Positions 61,230 to 64,000 of a DNA stretch of 64,000 nucleotides are shown here, piece by piece. The stretch's first letter is position 1. The number at the start of each line of letters is the position of its first letter. Source of the stretch: Octopus vulgaris (taxonomy: Eukaryota). The stretch spans positions 68,138,001-68,202,000 of the forward strand of contig OX597828.1 of the NCBI GenBank assembly GCA_951406725.2. The letters run 5' to 3'. The notes under the pieces are model-generated. The model was not told the origin of the DNA. It saw nothing but the letters and a program-made list of their open reading frames with translations, and did no database searches. The position numbers were made by a program, and so were the translations under genes.

Positions 61230-62700
61230 GTGACTGGTCAAAATTGGTAGAGCACCACACAAGTTGCTCTCTGGTATTTAGTTTCATTCCCTTTAAGACA
61301 TCAAATCCCATACAGGTTAGTAAATTCCAGGCAAATACTGGGGGGTGAAGGTGAGGTCAATATAACCCTGTGTTCCTCTCCAAATATATTTGTCTCGCTG
61401 CCAATGTAAAAAAACAGCTATTACCACTACTACTACTACTACTAAAAGCATTAGATTGGCAGAATCATTAGGGCATCAGACAAAATGCTTTGTAATGCAT
61501 ATTCTGGATCTTTGATTCTGAGTTCCAATCCCACAGAGGTCAACTTTGCCTTTCACCCGCCAGGCTTAAGAACTGGAACTAATGGTGTTAAACCCTCGCC
61601 CTCCTCCAAATTGTGGCCTTGTGCCACTTAAGAAACCATCATCATCATCATTATTATTATCATTAAGGCAGTGAGTTGGCAGAATCATTAGCATACTATG
61701 CAAAATGTCTAGTGATATTTTGTCTGCCTTTATTTTATGTTCTGAGTTCAAATTCCACCAGGGTCGACTTTGCCTTTCATCTTTCCAGGGTTGATAAAAT
61801 AACTACCACTTGAGCACTGAGGTCGATGTAATTAACTTAACCCACTTCCCCGCAAAATTGCTGGCCTTGTACCAAAATTTGAAATCGTTATTATTATTTA
61901 GGCAGCAAACTGGTAAAATTGTTAACATGCTGGGAAAATTCCTTAGTATTTCATCTGTCTTCGTGTTCTGAGTTCAAATGCCACCAAGGTCACCTTTGCA
62001 TATCATCCTTTCAGGATGATAAAATAAATACCAGTTGAGCACTGGAAGGTAATTGATTAGTTTGCTCCCCTCAAAATTTCTGGCCTTGTGCCTGGAGTAG
62101 AAAGTATTATTCTTATTTCTAAAGACAGTGGATTGACAAAATACTCTTTATGTTCTGAGTTCAAATCTCAGTAAGGTTAATTTTGCTTTTCTTCCTTCTG
62201 AAGTTAATAAAGTACCAGTCATGTGCTGGGTTCAATATAATCAACTGACACCCTATCCCCCACCATTTCAGGCCTTATACCTATGTTAATACCTTGTGTT
62301 ATTTGTTACATCCCTATATATGTAGAAAATAGGGTGGGGATAAGTTTCATTTAATTATAGGGATTTTAATTAACTGTAGTCCCTCCTGTCTGAAATGTGT
62401 AGCCGTATGACTATATTGGAAAGTGGTGGTCGTGGTGGAGTGACGGAAGCAGGAGAGCATCAGTTGTTTAGTTGTGACACTTTGTTCAAATCCTGCTGAA
62501 GTCAAACTTTTCATCCTTCCAGAGTTGATAAACTACCTGTCATATACTGGGGATCAATATTGTCACTTCTGCCTTTAACCCCAAGATTTCAGACTGTGTG
62601 TCTATGTAAGAGATTATTATTAAGGGCAGTGGATTGGGCAAATCACGAGAGCACCAACTAAAATATCCTGGAATATTACAACTGTTGATATTCTGAGTTC
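61230..62700 (+). repeat. Head-to-tail cluster of ~6-7 degenerate family-A SINE copies downstream of the WASHC3 stop
   Basis: ttctgagttc(a/c)aa motif recurs at ~61516, 61741, 61966, 62152, with more degenerate units near 62483 and 62691; spacing is mostly ~190-330 bp. Confidence 0.7.
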
Positions 62701-62976
62701 CACAGGGTTCGTTTAATATTCCTCTGAAGCTGCCAAGATGCAAAGGAAACTGTACAGAAATATTCCTGTTCTCTTCGTTGTTGTTGTTCCATTCCTATAT
62801 TTTTATATCAGACACATTGTATAAATATCTCTGGAAACAAAATCGCAAAAATCTAAAAACTATATTTTTTCGTTTGTTATTCTTTGTTGAAATTCTATTT
62901 TGGTTGTTTCTGATTCTCTCTTTGACATGAAATTCTTATTCCAGCTGTATTATTTTTCAAGATAAATTGCTATTTT

Positions 62977-63405
62977 TACTCTTTAGCATTTAAACTGGCC
63001 CCTATATCCAGCCAAAATATTCTGTTTGTTTTATGTTGAAACTGGCCCCTCACACCAACCCTACAATATCATTGTAACAATTAAGTTACCCCATCAAAAT
63101 CTCAAGACTACAAGATAAGGCACGATTCATTCAAAATGAATCATCATCATTTAACGTCCGTTTTCCATGCTAGCATGGGTTGGACGGTTCAACCGGGGTC
63201 TGGGAAGCCAGGAGGCTGCACCAGGCTCCAGTCTGATCTGGCAGAGTTTCTACAGCTGGATGCCCTTCCTAACGCCAACCACTCCATAAGTGTAGTGGGT
63301 GCTTTTTACATGCCACCAGCACAGGTGCCAGGGGAGGCTGACAACAACCACGATCGGTTGGTGCCTTTTACGTGCCACAGAACAATCTGAATGCTAAAGA
63401 GTTAA
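62977..63405 (+). mobile_element. piggyBac-type MITE family 2 (ctttagcatt...aatgctaaag), interrupted by an RTE tail; partial relatives at ~3751-4255, 23015-23222, 26960-27050
   Basis: Termini ctctttagcatt / aatgctaaagagttaa. Confidence 0.6.
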
Positions 63406-63812
63406 GATTTCTAATTTATATTCAGCATCCAATAATTGATTGTAAGACAAAAGTTCAATGTTGTTTCTCAGTAGAACTGCAATTTGTCCAGTACCAAGAT
63501 ATTTCATTCTTAAATAGCTCACCTGTAATATACTTATCATGAGGTAGCACTGTAAAATTGAGTGATTTGTTAACTCACTTTTAGTAGAAAACAGAGAGAG
63601 GTGAAATTAGAAATATTAAATTTCTAAATATCTCAGAGAGATATGAGCAGTGGTGGAGCGATAGAGCGGTTGTATACTGTCATCTTAACGTGACAGTCCC
63701 GTAAAGGGGATCACACCACCGCTATTTAGCCCCAGGAAGCATCGACGCTTCCTGTCGGCCTTGACACATTTCCTGTGTCCTTATATTAGCGAAGGGGAGA
63801 CAAGCACCCCCA

Positions 63813-63891
63813 CTAGCGAGGGCCTGCACCTAGAGACATGCTGGTTTCTGAGTCTTGCTCGTCATCAGTCTAGGGTAGCCAGTCCTGCTAG
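63813..63891 (-). ncRNA. Type I hammerhead ribozyme motif
   Basis: Minus strand reads CCUAGA-CUGAUGA-C-GAG-caaga-CUC-A-GAAA-C-cagcau-G-UC-UCUAGG: 6-bp stem I, intact core, GUC cleavage triplet; stem I extends via CUAGC/GCUAG. Confidence 0.72.
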
Positions 63892-64000
63892 CTGAAGATG
63901 TTTGCCAAGCCCTCGCAAATATATATATTTTCAGTGAAATCTATTCACTGATCACCAAAATTAGAAATATAAAATTTCTAAGTGTCTCCTGAATCTGATC

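Noticed and set aside
63660-63740. Second ribozyme class (twister/pistol) in the structured element
   Set aside because: Only short word matches; the required pseudoknot pairings were not found.

Overview
AT-rich, repeat-dense eukaryotic genomic DNA; the SINE/RTE repeat families look like an octopus (coleoid cephalopod), which is an inference. There are two spliced genes, head-to-head with ATGs about 1.0 kb apart. Transportin-3 (TNPO3, minus strand) has 19 coding exons traced by hand from the ATG at 54368 down to 882 (1871 nt, ~623 codons, all GT-AG and phase-consistent, 26.3-kb first intron) and continues beyond the left edge. WASH complex subunit 3 (WASHC3/CCDC53, plus strand) is complete: 6 exons, 55381-60984, 210 aa. 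Nearly all short ORFs in the supplied track are repeat noise. Introns contain RTE-LINE 3' tails with (GAT)n ends, several tRNA-derived SINE families, piggyBac and mariner derivatives, an RLE-type LINE fragment and a Helentron-like element. Most interesting signals: (1) a type-I hammerhead ribozyme fold at 63813-63891 (minus) inside a strongly structured unit of about 354 bp bounded by direct repeats (retrozyme-like); (2) two intronic fold-back elements (9810-10140, 22494-22808) whose arms read as minimal Penelope-type hammerheads with a swapped G3:C8 core (GUGAACA instead of CUGANGA); (3) many long inverted repeats in the TNPO3 pre-mRNA; (4) a near-identical 1068-bp tandem duplication. Everything was read by eye with no searches or folding, and repeat boundaries are approximate.
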